The position numbers and the translations under genes are program-made. The notes beneath the pieces were generated by a model that was not told where the DNA came from, ran no database searches, and was given only the letters and a program-made list of their open reading frames with translations. Of a stretch of DNA of 64,000 nucleotides, positions 31,850 through 41,978 are shown piece after piece. This stretch comes from an uncultured Dokdonia sp. (GTDB taxonomy: Bacteria; Bacteroidota; Bacteroidia; Flavobacteriales; Flavobacteriaceae): positions 1,560 through 65,559 of the forward strand of contig CALKZS010000070.1 of the NCBI GenBank assembly GCA_938002835.1, given 5' to 3'. How positions within the stretch are numbered: the first letter of the stretch is position 1; each line of letters starts with the position of its first letter.

Positions 31850-34800
31850 ATGGCAAGAAATAATAAAAATGTAGAGCAACCGAAGTTTAACGCAATTTCT
31901 ATAGGTCTTGCGTCTCCAGAATCTATTCTAGGAGCGTCTAAAGGAGAAGTGTTAAAGCCGGAAACAATCAACTATCGTACGCACAAACCTGAGCGTGATG
32001 GGTTGTTTTGTGAGCGTATCTTTGGACCTGTAAAGGACTATGAGTGTGCTTGTGGAAAATATAAAAGAATACGCTACAAAGGGATCGTATGTGATCGTTG
32101 TGGTGTAGAGGTAACAGAAAAGAAAGTACGTCGTGATCGTGTAGGTCACATCTCATTAGTAGTGCCTGTAGCACATATCTGGTATTTCCGTTCATTACCT
32201 AATAAAATAGGGTACCTACTAGGTCTTCCATCTAAGAAATTAGATATGATCATTTATTATGAGCGTTACGTGGTTATACAACCAGGTATTGCAAAAAATG
32301 AAGAAGGAGAAGAGCTTAAGAAAATGGATTTCCTTACCGAAGAGGAGTATTTAAATATACTGGATAGTCTTCCTCAAGAAAATCTTTACCTAGATGATGA
32401 TGATCCAAACAAATTTATCGCCAAAATGGGTGCTGAATGTTTGATCGAACTTTTAAGAAGAATAGATCTTAATGAACTTTCTTATGAGTTGCGTCACAAG
32501 GCAAATAATGAGACTTCAAAACAACGTAAAACAGAGGCTTTAAAACGTCTGCAAGTTGTTCAAGCATTAAGAGATGCAAATAAAAACCGTGAGAATCTTC
32601 CAGAATGGATGATTATGAAGGTAGTACCTGTGATTCCACCAGAATTACGTCCATTAGTACCGCTAGATGGAGGGCGTTTTGCAACATCAGATCTTAATGA
32701 TTTATATCGTCGTGTGATTATACGTAATAATCGTCTAAAGCGTTTGATGGAAATCAAAGCTCCAGAGGTAATCTTACGTAATGAAAAGCGTATGCTACAG
32801 GAATCTGTAGATTCACTTTTTGATAACACTCGTAAATCATCTGCAGTAAAAACAGATAGTAACAGACCACTTAAATCACTTTCAGATTCACTTAAAGGTA
32901 AGCAAGGACGTTTCCGTCAAAACTTACTTGGTAAGCGTGTAGATTATTCGGCACGTTCTGTAATTGTCGTTGGGCCTGAACTTAAATTATTTGAATGTGG
33001 TATTCCTAAGGGAATGGCTGCAGAGCTTTACAAGCCTTTTGTAATTCGTAAATTAATCGAAAGAGGTATTGTAAAGACTGTAAAATCTGCAAAGAAAATA
33101 ATAGACAAAAAAGAGCCAGTAGTTTGGGATATACTTGAGAATGTTCTTAAAGGACATCCAGTGCTCCTTAACCGTGCTCCTACGCTTCACCGTTTAGGTA
33201 TACAGGCATTCCAGCCTAAACTTATTGAAGGTAAAGCAATACAATTACATCCATTAGTATGTACAGCATTTAATGCCGATTTTGATGGAGATCAAATGGC
33301 AGTTCACTTACCATTAGGACCAGAAGCTATTCTTGAAGCACAATTATTAATGCTTGCTTCGCATAATATTCTTAATCCAGCAAATGGTGCACCAGTAGCA
33401 GTACCTTCTCAAGATATGGTACTGGGTCTTTATTATATGACAAAGGCCAGAAAATCTACTAAAGAATTCTTTGTAAAAGGAGAAGGAATTACATTCTACT
33501 CAGCAGAAGAAGTAAACATTGCCTACAATGAGAAGCGTGTAGATATTAATGCAATTATTAAGGTACGTGCATTAGACTTTAATGAGAACAAAGAATTAGT
33601 ATATCAAATTATTGAGACTACTGTAGGACGTGTACTCTTTAATGAAGCAGTACCCAAAGAAGCTGGTTATATCAATGAAGTACTGACTAAAAAGTCTCTT
33701 CGTGATATTATTGGTAATATCCTTAAGGTAACAAGTGTGCCTGTAACAGCAGATTTTCTAGATCGTATTAAAACGATGGGTTACGGGTTTGCATTCCGTG
33801 GTGGATTATCATTCTCTCTTGGAGATATTATTATCCCAGAAGAGAAGCACGCAATGATCGATGAGGCAAATGAACAAGTAGATGGTATTACAGGATCTTA
33901 TAATATGGGTCTTATTACTAATACTGAGCGTTATAACCAAGTGATTGATGTCTGGACATCTACTAATGCAACTCTTACAGAGCTTTCTATGAAGCGTATC
34001 CGTGAGGATCAACAAGGATTCAACTCGGTATATATGATGCTTGACTCTGGGGCACGTGGATCTAAAGAGCAGATTCGTCAGCTTACAGGGATGCGTGGTT
34101 TGATGGCAAAACCTAAGAAATCTAATGATGGAGGAGGAGCTATTATTGAAAACCCGATTCTTTCTAACTTTAAAGAAGGTCTATCTATCCTTGAGTACTT
34201 TATCTCTACTCACGGTGCACGTAAAGGACTTGCAGATACCGCACTTAAAACGGCAGATGCAGGATATTTAACACGTCGTCTAGTAGATGTATCACAAGAT
34301 GTTATTGTTAACAGTACAGACTGTGGTACCTTAAGAGGTGTTGAAGTATTAGCACTTAAGAAAAATGAAGAAGTAATAGAATCACTAGGCGCTCGTATCG
34401 TAGGTCGTACATCACTTAATGATGTTATAAATCCACTTACAAACGAAGTGATTGTAGAGGCTGGGGTTGAAATTGATGAAGAAATAGCAGATCTTATAAG
34501 CGCTGCACCAATAGAGGCTGTAGAAGTTCGTTCGGCACTTACTTGTGAAGCAAAGAAAGGAATTTGTGTAAAATGTTATGGTCGTAATCTAGCTACTAAT
34601 AAAACAGTACAAATGGGTGAGGCTGTAGGAGTTGTAGCAGCACAGTCTATTGGAGAACCAGGGACACAGCTTACACTTCGTACATTCCACGTTGGTGGTG
34701 TGGCAGGAGGTGTTTCTGAAGATAGTAGCGTTACTGCAAAATTCCCTGGAAAACTTGAGATCGAAGATCTTAAGACGGTAATGGGAGAAGATAATGAAGG

Positions 34801-36148
34801 TAATCCAGCAGAGATTGTAATTTCTCGTACTTCTGAAGCTAAAGTAACAGATCCAAAAACTGGAATTACATTAAGTACAAATACAATTCCTTACGGTTCA
34901 CAATTATTTACAAAATCAGGTAAAGTAAAAGCTGGAGATATTATCTGTAAGTGGGATCCATTTAATGGAGTTGTGATTTCTGAGTTTGCTGGAAAAATCA
35001 AGTTTGAAGATATAGACTTAGGTGTTACATATCGAGTAGAAACAGATGAGCAAACTGGATTCCAAGAAAAAGTAATTTCAGAATCTAGAGATAAGAAAAA
35101 GATTCCTACATTAATTATTGAAGATAGCAAAGGTAATGCGCTACGTTCATATAACTTACCAGTAGGCGCTCACCTTATGATAGATGATGGTGAGAAAATA
35201 AAAGAAGGTAAGATTCTTGTAAAAATACCTCGTAAGTCTGCAAAGGCTGGTGATATTACAGGAGGTCTTCCGCGTGTAACAGAATTATTTGAAGCACGTA
35301 ACCCTTCTAACCCAGCAGTTGTATCTGAAATAGACGGTGTTGTTTCTTTTGGAAAAATCAAGCGTGGTAACCGTGAGATTATTGTAGAATCAAAACTTGG
35401 AGAGGTTAAGAAATATCTTGTAAAGTTATCTAATCAAATTCTTGTTCAAGAGAATGATTATGTACGTGCAGGTATGCCATTATCTGATGGTTCTGTAACT
35501 CCTAATGATATCCTTAACATAAAAGGACCATCTGCAGTACAGCAATATCTTGTAAACGAAGTACAAGAAGTATACCGTCTGCAAGGGGTAAAAATTAATG
35601 ACAAGCACTTTGAAGTTGTAGTGCGCCAAATGATGCGTAAAGTACGTATCCAGGATCCAGGAGATACCATCTTCTTAGAGAACCAACTGGTACATAAAGA
35701 TGACTTTATCGAAGAGAATGATGGATTATACGGTAAGAAAGTAGTAGAAGATGCTGGTGATTCAGAAACTCTTAAAGCTGGTCAACTCGTAACCCCTCGT
35801 GAGCTTCGTGATGAGAACTCATTACTTAGAAGAGAAGATAAGAACCAAGTAACTGCTAGAGAAGTATCTCAAGCAACAGCTTCTCCTATCCTTCAGGGTA
35901 TTACAAGAGCTTCTTTACAGACGAAGTCATTTATTTCGGCAGCATCTTTCCAAGAGACTACTAAAGTATTAAACGAAGCTGCTGTGAGTGGTAAGATTGA
36001 TACCTTAGAAGGTCTTAAAGAAAATGTAATCGTAGGACATAAGATTCCAGCAGGAACAGGTATGCGTCGCTATGAAAATATACTTGTAGGTAGCAAGGAA
36101 GACCTTGAGAATATGATGGCAGAAAAGCAAGAAGTAAATTATAACTAG
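31850..36148 (+). CDS. rpoC: RNA polymerase beta' subunit
   Basis: CACGKYK zinc finger, NADFDGD active site, [12 protein letters not shown]. Confidence 0.99.
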   Translation: MARNNKNVEQPKFNAISIGLASPESILGASKGEVLKPETINYRTHKPERDGLFCERIFGPVKDYECACGKYKRIRYKGIVCDRCGVEVTEKKVRRDRVGHISLVVPVAHIWYFRSLPNKIGYLLGLPSKKLDMIIYYERYVVIQPGIAKNEEGEELKKMDFLTEEEYLNILDSLPQENLYLDDDDPNKFIAKMGAECLIELLRRIDLNELSYELRHKANNETSKQRKTEALKRLQVVQALRDANKNRENLPEWMIMKVVPVIPPELRPLVPLDGGRFATSDLNDLYRRVIIRNNRLKRLMEIKAPEVILRNEKRMLQESVDSLFDNTRKSSAVKTDSNRPLKSLSDSLKGKQGRFRQNLLGKRVDYSARSVIVVGPELKLFECGIPKGMAAELYKPFVIRKLIERGIVKTVKSAKKIIDKKEPVVWDILENVLKGHPVLLNRAPTLHRLGIQAFQPKLIEGKAIQLHPLVCTAFNADFDGDQMAVHLPLGPEAILEAQLLMLASHNILNPANGAPVAVPSQDMVLGLYYMTKARKSTKEFFVKGEGITFYSAEEVNIAYNEKRVDINAIIKVRALDFNENKELVYQIIETTVGRVLFNEAVPKEAGYINEVLTKKSLRDIIGNILKVTSVPVTADFLDRIKTMGYGFAFRGGLSFSLGDIIIPEEKHAMIDEANEQVDGITGSYNMGLITNTERYNQVIDVWTSTNATLTELSMKRIREDQQGFNSVYMMLDSGARGSKEQIRQLTGMRGLMAKPKKSNDGGGAIIENPILSNFKEGLSILEYFISTHGARKGLADTALKTADAGYLTRRLVDVSQDVIVNSTDCGTLRGVEVLALKKNEEVIESLGARIVGRTSLNDVINPLTNEVIVEAGVEIDEEIADLISAAPIEAVEVRSALTCEAKKGICVKCYGRNLATNKTVQMGEAVGVVAAQSIGEPGTQLTLRTFHVGGVAGGVSEDSSVTAKFPGKLEIEDLKTVMGEDNEGNPAEIVISRTSEAKVTDPKTGITLSTNTIPYGSQLFTKSGKVKAGDIICKWDPFNGVVISEFAGKIKFEDIDLGVTYRVETDEQTGFQEKVISESRDKKKIPTLIIEDSKGNALRSYNLPVGAHLMIDDGEKIKEGKILVKIPRKSAKAGDITGGLPRVTELFEARNPSNPAVVSEIDGVVSFGKIKRGNREIIVESKLGEVKKYLVKLSNQILVQENDYVRAGMPLSDGSVTPNDILNIKGPSAVQQYLVNEVQEVYRLQGVKINDKHFEVVVRQMMRKVRIQDPGDTIFLENQLVHKDDFIEENDGLYGKKVVEDAGDSETLKAGQLVTPRELRDENSLLRREDKNQVTAREVSQATASPILQGITRASLQTKSFISAASFQETTKVLNEAAVSGKIDTLEGLKENVIVGHKIPAGTGMRRYENILVGSKEDLENMMAEKQEVNYN

Positions 36149-36168
36149 TACGCTTTCGCGAAAGCGTA
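36149..36168. repeat. Palindrome copy 9 (20 bp, TACGCTTTCGCGAAAGCGTA), starting immediately after the rpoC stop
   Basis: Exact. Confidence 0.97.
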
Positions 36169-36185
36169 TTATAGTATAATAATAC

Positions 36186-36220
36186 AATCCCATCTTGCAT
36201 TTGCAGGATGGGATTTTTTT
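36186..36220 (+). terminator. Intrinsic terminator of rpoBC
   Basis: AATCCCATCTTGCA/TGCAGGATGGGATT stem + T run. Confidence 0.85.
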
Positions 36221-36316
36221 ATTTATAAAGTAATTTCTACTATAAAAAGTAGACTTAACACTAATAACATTGCGATAAGGTAGATGAGATTTCTGCCTTC
36301 GCGGAAATAAAATATT

Positions 36317-36640
36317 ATGGCAGACGAAATTAAAAAACCGCAACAAAAGAAAGGACAAATAAATATAGAGCTAGATGAAAAAATAGCACAAGGAACCTAT
36401 TCTAACCTTGCAATTATCAATCACTCGGTATCAGAATTTGTGGTAGATTTTGTAAATATAATGCCTGGAACTCCTAAGAGTAAAGTAAAAAGCAGAATTA
36501 TATTAACACCTCAACACGCAAAACGACTAGCTAAGGCTCTTGCCGAAAATGTGCGTCGTTTTGAACAAGCACACGGGGAGATAAAAGATTATGAGAAAAC
36601 ACCAATGCCTATTAATTTTGGGCCTACAGGTCAAGCTTAA
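36317..36640 (+). CDS. DUF3467 family protein
   Basis: GTYSNLAIINHS..EFVVDF, RIILTPQHAKRL; typical post-rpoC gene in Bacteroidota. Confidence 0.88.
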   Translation: MADEIKKPQQKKGQINIELDEKIAQGTYSNLAIINHSVSEFVVDFVNIMPGTPKSKVKSRIILTPQHAKRLAKALAENVRRFEQAHGEIKDYEKTPMPINFGPTGQA

Positions 36641-36683
36641 AGGTCAAAACCTTTTATATCAAAAAAATATAGTACCTTAATTT

Positions 36684-36741
36684 CTTAGATTCAAGTAATA
36701 AACGCAACAGCAAGCTGTTGCGTTTATTACTTGAACCTAAG
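36684..36741. repeat. 58-bp near-perfect inverted repeat (28-bp arms, one mismatch, 2-nt centre)
   Basis: CTTAGATTCAAGTAATAAACGCAACAGC-AA-GCTGTTGCGTTTATTACTTGAACCTAAG. Confidence 0.9.
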
Positions 36742-36763
36742 TTTGTATAAAATGAATAAAATA

Positions 36764-38227
36764 ATGGATAACCAAGAAATAAGAAATCTAGAGCCCAAAG
36801 AACTTTGGAATAAATTTGCAGACTTAAATGCCGTACCACGACCTTCAAAAAAAGAAGAACGTGTGATTGCTTTTATGAAAGACTTTGGAAATAATTTAGG
36901 TCTTGAGACTATAGAAGATACAGTAGGTAATGTAATTATACGCAAGCCAGCAACTCCTGGTCACGAAAACAAAAAAATGGTTGTGATGCAATCACATCTT
37001 GATATGGTGCATCAAAAAAATAACGATACTACGTTTGATTTTGATACTCAAGGTATCGATATGTATATAGATGGCGACTGGGTGCGTGCTCGTGGTACAA
37101 CATTAGGAGCAGATAATGGTCTTGGTGTGGCAACTATAATGGCTATTTTAGAAAGTAATACAATAGAACATCCAGCTATAGAAGCGTTATTTACTATTGA
37201 TGAAGAAACTGGAATGACTGGAGCGATGGGACTTGAAGGTGGTATTTTAAAAGGAGATATTTTATTAAATCTAGATACCGAAGAAGATGATGAGATAGGA
37301 GTGGGGTGTGCTGGAGGAATAGATATAACCGCAACGCGATCATATTTAGAGCAGCAGATAGAAGAAGAAATGTTGGGATATGAAGTAACTGTAAAAGGAC
37401 TTCAAGGAGGTCATTCTGGAATGGATATTATCAAAGGTCTTGGTAATGCAAATAAAATAATGAACCGAGTTTTGTATACTGCATTTACAAATTTTGATAT
37501 TGTTATATCTAGTATAGATGGGGGAAGTTTACGCAACGCCATACCAAGAGAAAGTGCCGCTATAATTGCAGTAGATAAAAGTCATACAGCAGCTTTTGAA
37601 GCAGATGTTGCAGATATTGTAACGGCTATAAAAACAGAATATGCAACTTTAGAGCCTGCTCTAGAAATAGAAGTTGCTCAAGTAGAATTGCCATCGCAGG
37701 TAATGCAACGTGATGCTCAAGTGCAATTATTAAAAGCAATGTATGCTGCTCATAATGGGGTGTATCGTATGAGTCCTGCAATTGCAGATCTGGTAGAGAC
37801 TTCTAATAATGTAGCTCGTGTGATTGTAAAAGGTGGAAATATTAAAATAGGATGTCTTACGAGATCTTCGGTAGATAGTTCTAAAGATGACCTTGCAAAT
37901 ACACTCACTTCTGTTTTTGAACTTGCTGGTTTTGAAGTGGAGCTTTCTGGAGATTATCCAGGGTGGGCACCTAATATGGATAGTCCTATTCTTAAAGTTT
38001 TAGAACAAAAGTATATAGAGATCAATAATGAAAAACCACACGTGGCAGCTTGTCACGCAGGTTTAGAATGTGGTATTCTAGGTAAGAATTATCCTGAGAT
38101 AGATATGATTTCTTTTGGACCTACTATTAAAGGAGCACATTCTCCAGATGAAAGAGCGAGCATTTCTAGTGCTCAGAAGTATTGGGACTTTGTTCTTGCT
38201 ATTTTAAAAGATATCCCTTTAAAATAA
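36764..38227 (+). CDS. pepD: Aminoacyl-histidine dipeptidase (M20), start revised from 36731
   Basis: QSHLDMV, TLGADNG, DEETGM, LDTEE, HAGLECG, HSPDE. Confidence 0.94.
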   Translation: MDNQEIRNLEPKELWNKFADLNAVPRPSKKEERVIAFMKDFGNNLGLETIEDTVGNVIIRKPATPGHENKKMVVMQSHLDMVHQKNNDTTFDFDTQGIDMYIDGDWVRARGTTLGADNGLGVATIMAILESNTIEHPAIEALFTIDEETGMTGAMGLEGGILKGDILLNLDTEEDDEIGVGCAGGIDITATRSYLEQQIEEEMLGYEVTVKGLQGGHSGMDIIKGLGNANKIMNRVLYTAFTNFDIVISSIDGGSLRNAIPRESAAIIAVDKSHTAAFEADVADIVTAIKTEYATLEPALEIEVAQVELPSQVMQRDAQVQLLKAMYAAHNGVYRMSPAIADLVETSNNVARVIVKGGNIKIGCLTRSSVDSSKDDLANTLTSVFELAGFEVELSGDYPGWAPNMDSPILKVLEQKYIEINNEKPHVAACHAGLECGILGKNYPEIDMISFGPTIKGAHSPDERASISSAQKYWDFVLAILKDIPLK

Positions 38228-38242
38228 TAGAAGAAGCTATAT

Positions 38243-38279
38243 ATAAAAAGAGCTTATCATTACGATAAGCTCTTTTTAT
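38243..38279. terminator. Bidirectional terminator between convergent pepD and PPIase
   Basis: Perfect 16-bp arms ATAAAAAGAGCTTATC/GATAAGCTCTTTTTAT. Confidence 0.88.
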
Positions 38280-38285
38280 TAGATA

Positions 38286-38305
38286 TACGCTTTCGCGAAA
38301 GCGTA
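38286..38305. repeat. Palindrome copy 10 (20 bp), beside the bidirectional terminator
   Basis: Exact. Confidence 0.97.
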
Positions 38306-38312
38306 GTATTAT

Positions 38313-39488
38313 TTATTCTATAACCTCAATTAGGTCAAGAACAAAAATAAGATCTGACTTAGGAGGGATTGCTCCAGGATATCCTTGCTCTCCATATGCT
38401 AAGTGATAAGGAATAAAAAGAGTTGCTGTATCTCCTACAGACATTTGTTGTATTCCTTCTTTAAAACCAGGAATAAGTGGCGCTTCAGAGCTATAAACAG
38501 TTTCCATAGGTTTATACTGTCCAGCAGCTTTTCTACGTTGGTCTAGTTTATTATTTGCTGTTGCAATCTCTTCACTACTAGTGTCAAAAAGCTCACCAGA
38601 GGTAAAGTATCCTGCATAGTTAATTTTTACTTTAGAGCCAGTAGAAGGTTTTTTACCATCTCCTTTGTTGTCAAAATGTATTTGTAATCCACTAGGAAGT
38701 GTTGTTACATCACCTCTTTTTGCATCAAGTTCTGCTTTTTTTCCAGCAAATTGCTTTGCTTTTTCAGCAGCAGCGGCAGCTTTACGATCTTCAAAGGCTT
38801 TTAGTTCTGTTGTAAAAGTTTCGGCAGCATTATAGTTTTTTGCATCACTACCTTTACGAATGATAGTTACTTTCTGAATAAGTACATCTGATTTAGGTTT
38901 TCCAGATCTTGGGTTTTCCATTTCAACACCAGCGATTTGGTCTAAAACATCAAGACCTACTAACACACGTCCCCATACAGTATGACAACTCACACGTGGG
39001 TTTTCACATTGTTTTAAATTTCCATTTACATCATATCCATCAAGATGTGGCGTTGCTTTATGAGTAATAAAAAACTGACTTCCATTAGTTCCATATCCAG
39101 AGTTTGCCATAGATAGCATACCTATAGTATCGTGTTTACGGTTAGGTGTGAGTTCATCAAAAAACTTATATCCAGGGCCTCCGCGGCCAGTTCCTTCTGG
39201 GTCACCACCTTGAATCATAAAGTCTTTGATAATTCTATGAAACTTTAATCCATCATAAAATGGTTTTCCAGTATATGTAGAATCTGCAAGTGGGTGATTT
39301 CCTTCTACAAGTGCTACAAAGTTTGCAACTGTTGCGGGAGCATCTTTGTGATATAACTCTGCAACCATTGTTCCTTTGTCTGTAATGATTTCTGCATATA
39401 ATCCATCTCCAAGATCTGGATATTTATCGTTGCACGAAAAGAGTGAAAGGATAACTGCTGCTATTAATAACATACTTATTTTTTTCAT
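38313..39488 (-). CDS. Lipoprotein peptidyl-prolyl isomerase, cyclophilin + FKBP fusion
   Basis: LFSC lipobox; FHRIIKDFMIQGGDP, SMANSG, GSQFFIT; LIPGFKEGI, HLAYG. Confidence 0.93.
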   Translation of the reverse strand: MKKISMLLIAAVILSLFSCNDKYPDLGDGLYAEIITDKGTMVAELYHKDAPATVANFVALVEGNHPLADSTYTGKPFYDGLKFHRIIKDFMIQGGDPEGTGRGGPGYKFFDELTPNRKHDTIGMLSMANSGYGTNGSQFFITHKATPHLDGYDVNGNLKQCENPRVSCHTVWGRVLVGLDVLDQIAGVEMENPRSGKPKSDVLIQKVTIIRKGSDAKNYNAAETFTTELKAFEDRKAAAAAEKAKQFAGKKAELDAKRGDVTTLPSGLQIHFDNKGDGKKPSTGSKVKINYAGYFTSGELFDTSSEEIATANNKLDQRRKAAGQYKPMETVYSSEAPLIPGFKEGIQQMSVGDTATLFIPYHLAYGEQGYPGAIPPKSDLIFVLDLIEVIE

Positions 39489-39503
39489 TATTGAGTGATT
39501 TAT

Positions 39504-40058
39504 TTAGTTTTTGGTTTGATCTTTTATTTCTAATAAGGTAACGGTGGTACTTATTGGGGTATTGCTTCCTATTTTATTATCTAGGCCATAATATCCATAT
39601 GCTTTATGACTAGGTAGAAGAAATGTAATAGTTTCTCCTTCTTTCATAATTTTTAACCCTTCTCTTATTCCTGAAATAAGTTCTTGATTACTCTGGTCTA
39701 TTTGAGTCACAGTATTTCCTATTTCTTCTTTAGAGAGAATGCTTTTGCCAGCTAAAGTATTTAAATTGTATGAGAATAAAACAAGATCTCCTAATTGCGG
39801 GGTGATGGTTTTTCCTAATGTGTCTTTTTGAATATAGGTATACCAGAATCCATTAGTAGAAGATTGATAGGTCTTTGTGGTATCTCCCTTTATAAGTTCT
39901 TTAATATAGTTTTCTTCTTCTGTGATGAGTTGTTTATTGCGTTGTATAGATTCATTAATATATGACCCAGATTTTTGAGATACAGGTTTTCTAGGGGCTT
40001 GTTGTGCACAAGAGCTTACTATTAAAGTAAGAAAGCATAAAGCAAATAGTATTCTCAT
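39504..40058 (-). CDS. gldI: Gliding motility FKBP-type lipoprotein GldI
   Basis: VSSC lipobox, PRKPV..SG motif, single FKBP domain, adjacent to DHH gene. Confidence 0.85.
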   Translation of the reverse strand: MRILFALCFLTLIVSSCAQQAPRKPVSQKSGSYINESIQRNKQLITEEENYIKELIKGDTTKTYQSSTNGFWYTYIQKDTLGKTITPQLGDLVLFSYNLNTLAGKSILSKEEIGNTVTQIDQSNQELISGIREGLKIMKEGETITFLLPSHKAYGYYGLDNKIGSNTPISTTVTLLEIKDQTKN

Positions 40059-41089
40059 ATAGCAAGTTGTGCTTTATAAAGTGGTAATAATGTTTTAAAA
40101 TGTGTCACTGTTTCTTCTATAGAAAGATCACTTTTTCCACCAGCAGCATTGGTATGACCACCACCTTGGTAATGCGATCTAGCAAATTCATTTACAGAAA
40201 AATCACCTTTTGATCTAAGCGACATTTTGATGATCTGATCAGATGTATTTTCTATAAAAATAACAGCAAAAATAATTCCTTGTAAAGATAAACAGTAATT
40301 TACAAAACCTTCAGTATCTCCTTTTTTAAAGTTGTGGTTGTCTAATTCTTTTTGAGTTATGGTAATAAAAGCAGTTCTATGTTCTTTTAAAACAACAAGA
40401 TTATTTAAAGCAACTCCAAGAAGCTGTAATCTAGAGACACTATTAGTATCATAAATTTGGTTATGTATGTCAGAGTTTATGGCACCTTTGTCCATAAGAT
40501 TAGCTATCACACGATGAGTTGTGGCGGTTGTAGAAGGAAATCTAAAAGACCCAGTATCTGTCATAATCCCTGTGTATAAACAGCTTGCCATTTGAGCATT
40601 AATTAGATGTTCATCTCCCAGAGCAGTTATAAAATGATATAGCATCTCACAAGTACTACTCATACTGGTGTCACTATAGGTAACCGCGGCATAATCACTA
40701 GGTTGCTGGTGATGATCTATCATTATTAATGGTGCAGTTACTCTCTCTAATACTTCTTCAAGATCTCCTGTACGGGAAAAGTGATTAAAGTCTAGTGTAA
40801 AAACAAGATCTGCATCGAGAATACAATTGCGAGAAGCACTAGAGTGGTGTGTATATGTTAAAACTTCTTTATTACCAGGTAGCCATTTTAAAAAATGTGG
40901 ATAATCATTAGGAGCAACAACAGTAGCTTTGTGACCCTTTATAGTGAGATATGCCGAGAGTGCTAGGGTGCTTCCCATTGCGTCGCCATCTGGATTTTTG
41001 TGAGGTATAATGGCAATTTTTTGAGCTTTTTTAAGAAGCGCCTGTGTCTCTTTAATTTGATTTATATTCATATGATAGCGAATATACAA
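40055..41089 (-). CDS. DHH family phosphoesterase (NrnA-like oligoribonuclease/PAP phosphatase)
   Basis: HKNPDGDA, IDHH, TDTGSF, GGGH..AAG. Confidence 0.93.
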   Translation of the reverse strand: MYIRYHMNINQIKETQALLKKAQKIAIIPHKNPDGDAMGSTLALSAYLTIKGHKATVVAPNDYPHFLKWLPGNKEVLTYTHHSSASRNCILDADLVFTLDFNHFSRTGDLEEVLERVTAPLIMIDHHQQPSDYAAVTYSDTSMSSTCEMLYHFITALGDEHLINAQMASCLYTGIMTDTGSFRFPSTTATTHRVIANLMDKGAINSDIHNQIYDTNSVSRLQLLGVALNNLVVLKEHRTAFITITQKELDNHNFKKGDTEGFVNYCLSLQGIIFAVIFIENTSDQIIKMSLRSKGDFSVNEFARSHYQGGGHTNAAGGKSDLSIEETVTHFKTLLPLYKAQLAI

Positions 41090-41177
41090 TTAATCAGTTT
41101 CTTGCTTTCTACCTACTATTAAATATTTAAGACATAATAATGAGTAAACTTAATATTGCGGTAACACAGAAAAACGG

Positions 41178-41185
41178 TATTTTTG
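41178..41185 (+). promoter_or_regulatory. Sigma-A -7 element TATTTTTG upstream of ndk
   Basis: TAnnTTTG followed by CACC, intergenic. Confidence 0.6.
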
Positions 41186-41215
41186 CACCCGATTTTAAGG
41201 AAGTGTTTTTGAATG

Positions 41216-41231
41216 CGCTTTCGCGAAAGCG
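41216..41231. repeat. Palindrome copy 11, in the predicted ndk 5' leader
   Basis: Exact 16-mer. Confidence 0.97.
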
Positions 41232-41317
41232 TTACAAATCTCTCGCAATGAGAATCTTTACAAACACATATGTTATAGATAGAATGAGCATTTTGTCTAT
41301 GCTAAAAACTAGAAAAT

Positions 41318-41734
41318 ATGACAAATAGAACTTTTACAATGATTAAGCCTGATGCTGTCGAGAATGGACACATTGGTGCGATTTTAGAAAAAATTACTGC
41401 AAGCGGTTTTCGTATTGTAGCAATGAAACTTACACAAATGACCAAGGCAGATGCCGAAGAATTTTATGGAGTGCACGCAGAGCGTCCTTTCTTTGGAGAG
41501 CTTGTAGAATTTATGACACGCGGACCTATAGTGGCAGCTGTACTTGAAAAAGAAAATGCAGTAGCAGATTTCCGTACATTAATAGGGGCAACAAACCCAG
41601 CAGATGCTGCAGAAGGTACAATACGTGCTTTATATGCAACTTCTGTAGGAGAAAATGCTGTGCACGGGTCTGATAGTGATGAAAATGCAGCGATAGAAAG
41701 TGCATTTCATTTTTCTGGACGTGAGATGTTTTAA
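41318..41734 (+). CDS. ndk: Nucleoside diphosphate kinase
   Basis: [22 protein letters not shown]. Confidence 0.98.
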   Translation: MTNRTFTMIKPDAVENGHIGAILEKITASGFRIVAMKLTQMTKADAEEFYGVHAERPFFGELVEFMTRGPIVAAVLEKENAVADFRTLIGATNPADAAEGTIRALYATSVGENAVHGSDSDENAAIESAFHFSGREMF

Positions 41735-41778
41735 TTACTAATGTAATTTTAAAATACAAAGTATCTAGCATACTTTAT

Positions 41779-41814
41779 AAAGACACCTTTCATTTTTTTT
41801 GAGAGGTGTTTTTT
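41779..41814 (+). terminator. Intrinsic terminator after ndk
   Basis: GACACCTTTCA/TGAGAGGTGTT stem + T run. Confidence 0.75.
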
Positions 41815-41936
41815 ATTTGTGTTAATCACAACTACTTTAAATGTTTGTAATGAGTGATTTATAGGAGTTTAATATGGTAGTGATTTTATAACATACAGAT
41901 ATTAAGGTAATAGGTTATTTATTCATTAATTATACC

Positions 41937-41944
41937 TATTTTTG
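41937..41944 (+). promoter_or_regulatory. Sigma-A -7 element TATTTTTG upstream of typA
   Basis: TAnnTTTG 34 nt before the start. Confidence 0.6.
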
Positions 41945-41978
41945 CACCGCCAAAAACACGGTAAGTAACACGCTTTTT

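Noticed and set aside
36295-36308. GCCTTCGCGGAAAT as a degenerate 18th palindrome copy
   Set aside because: Only 10/14 identity, symmetry is broken, and it could arise by chance.
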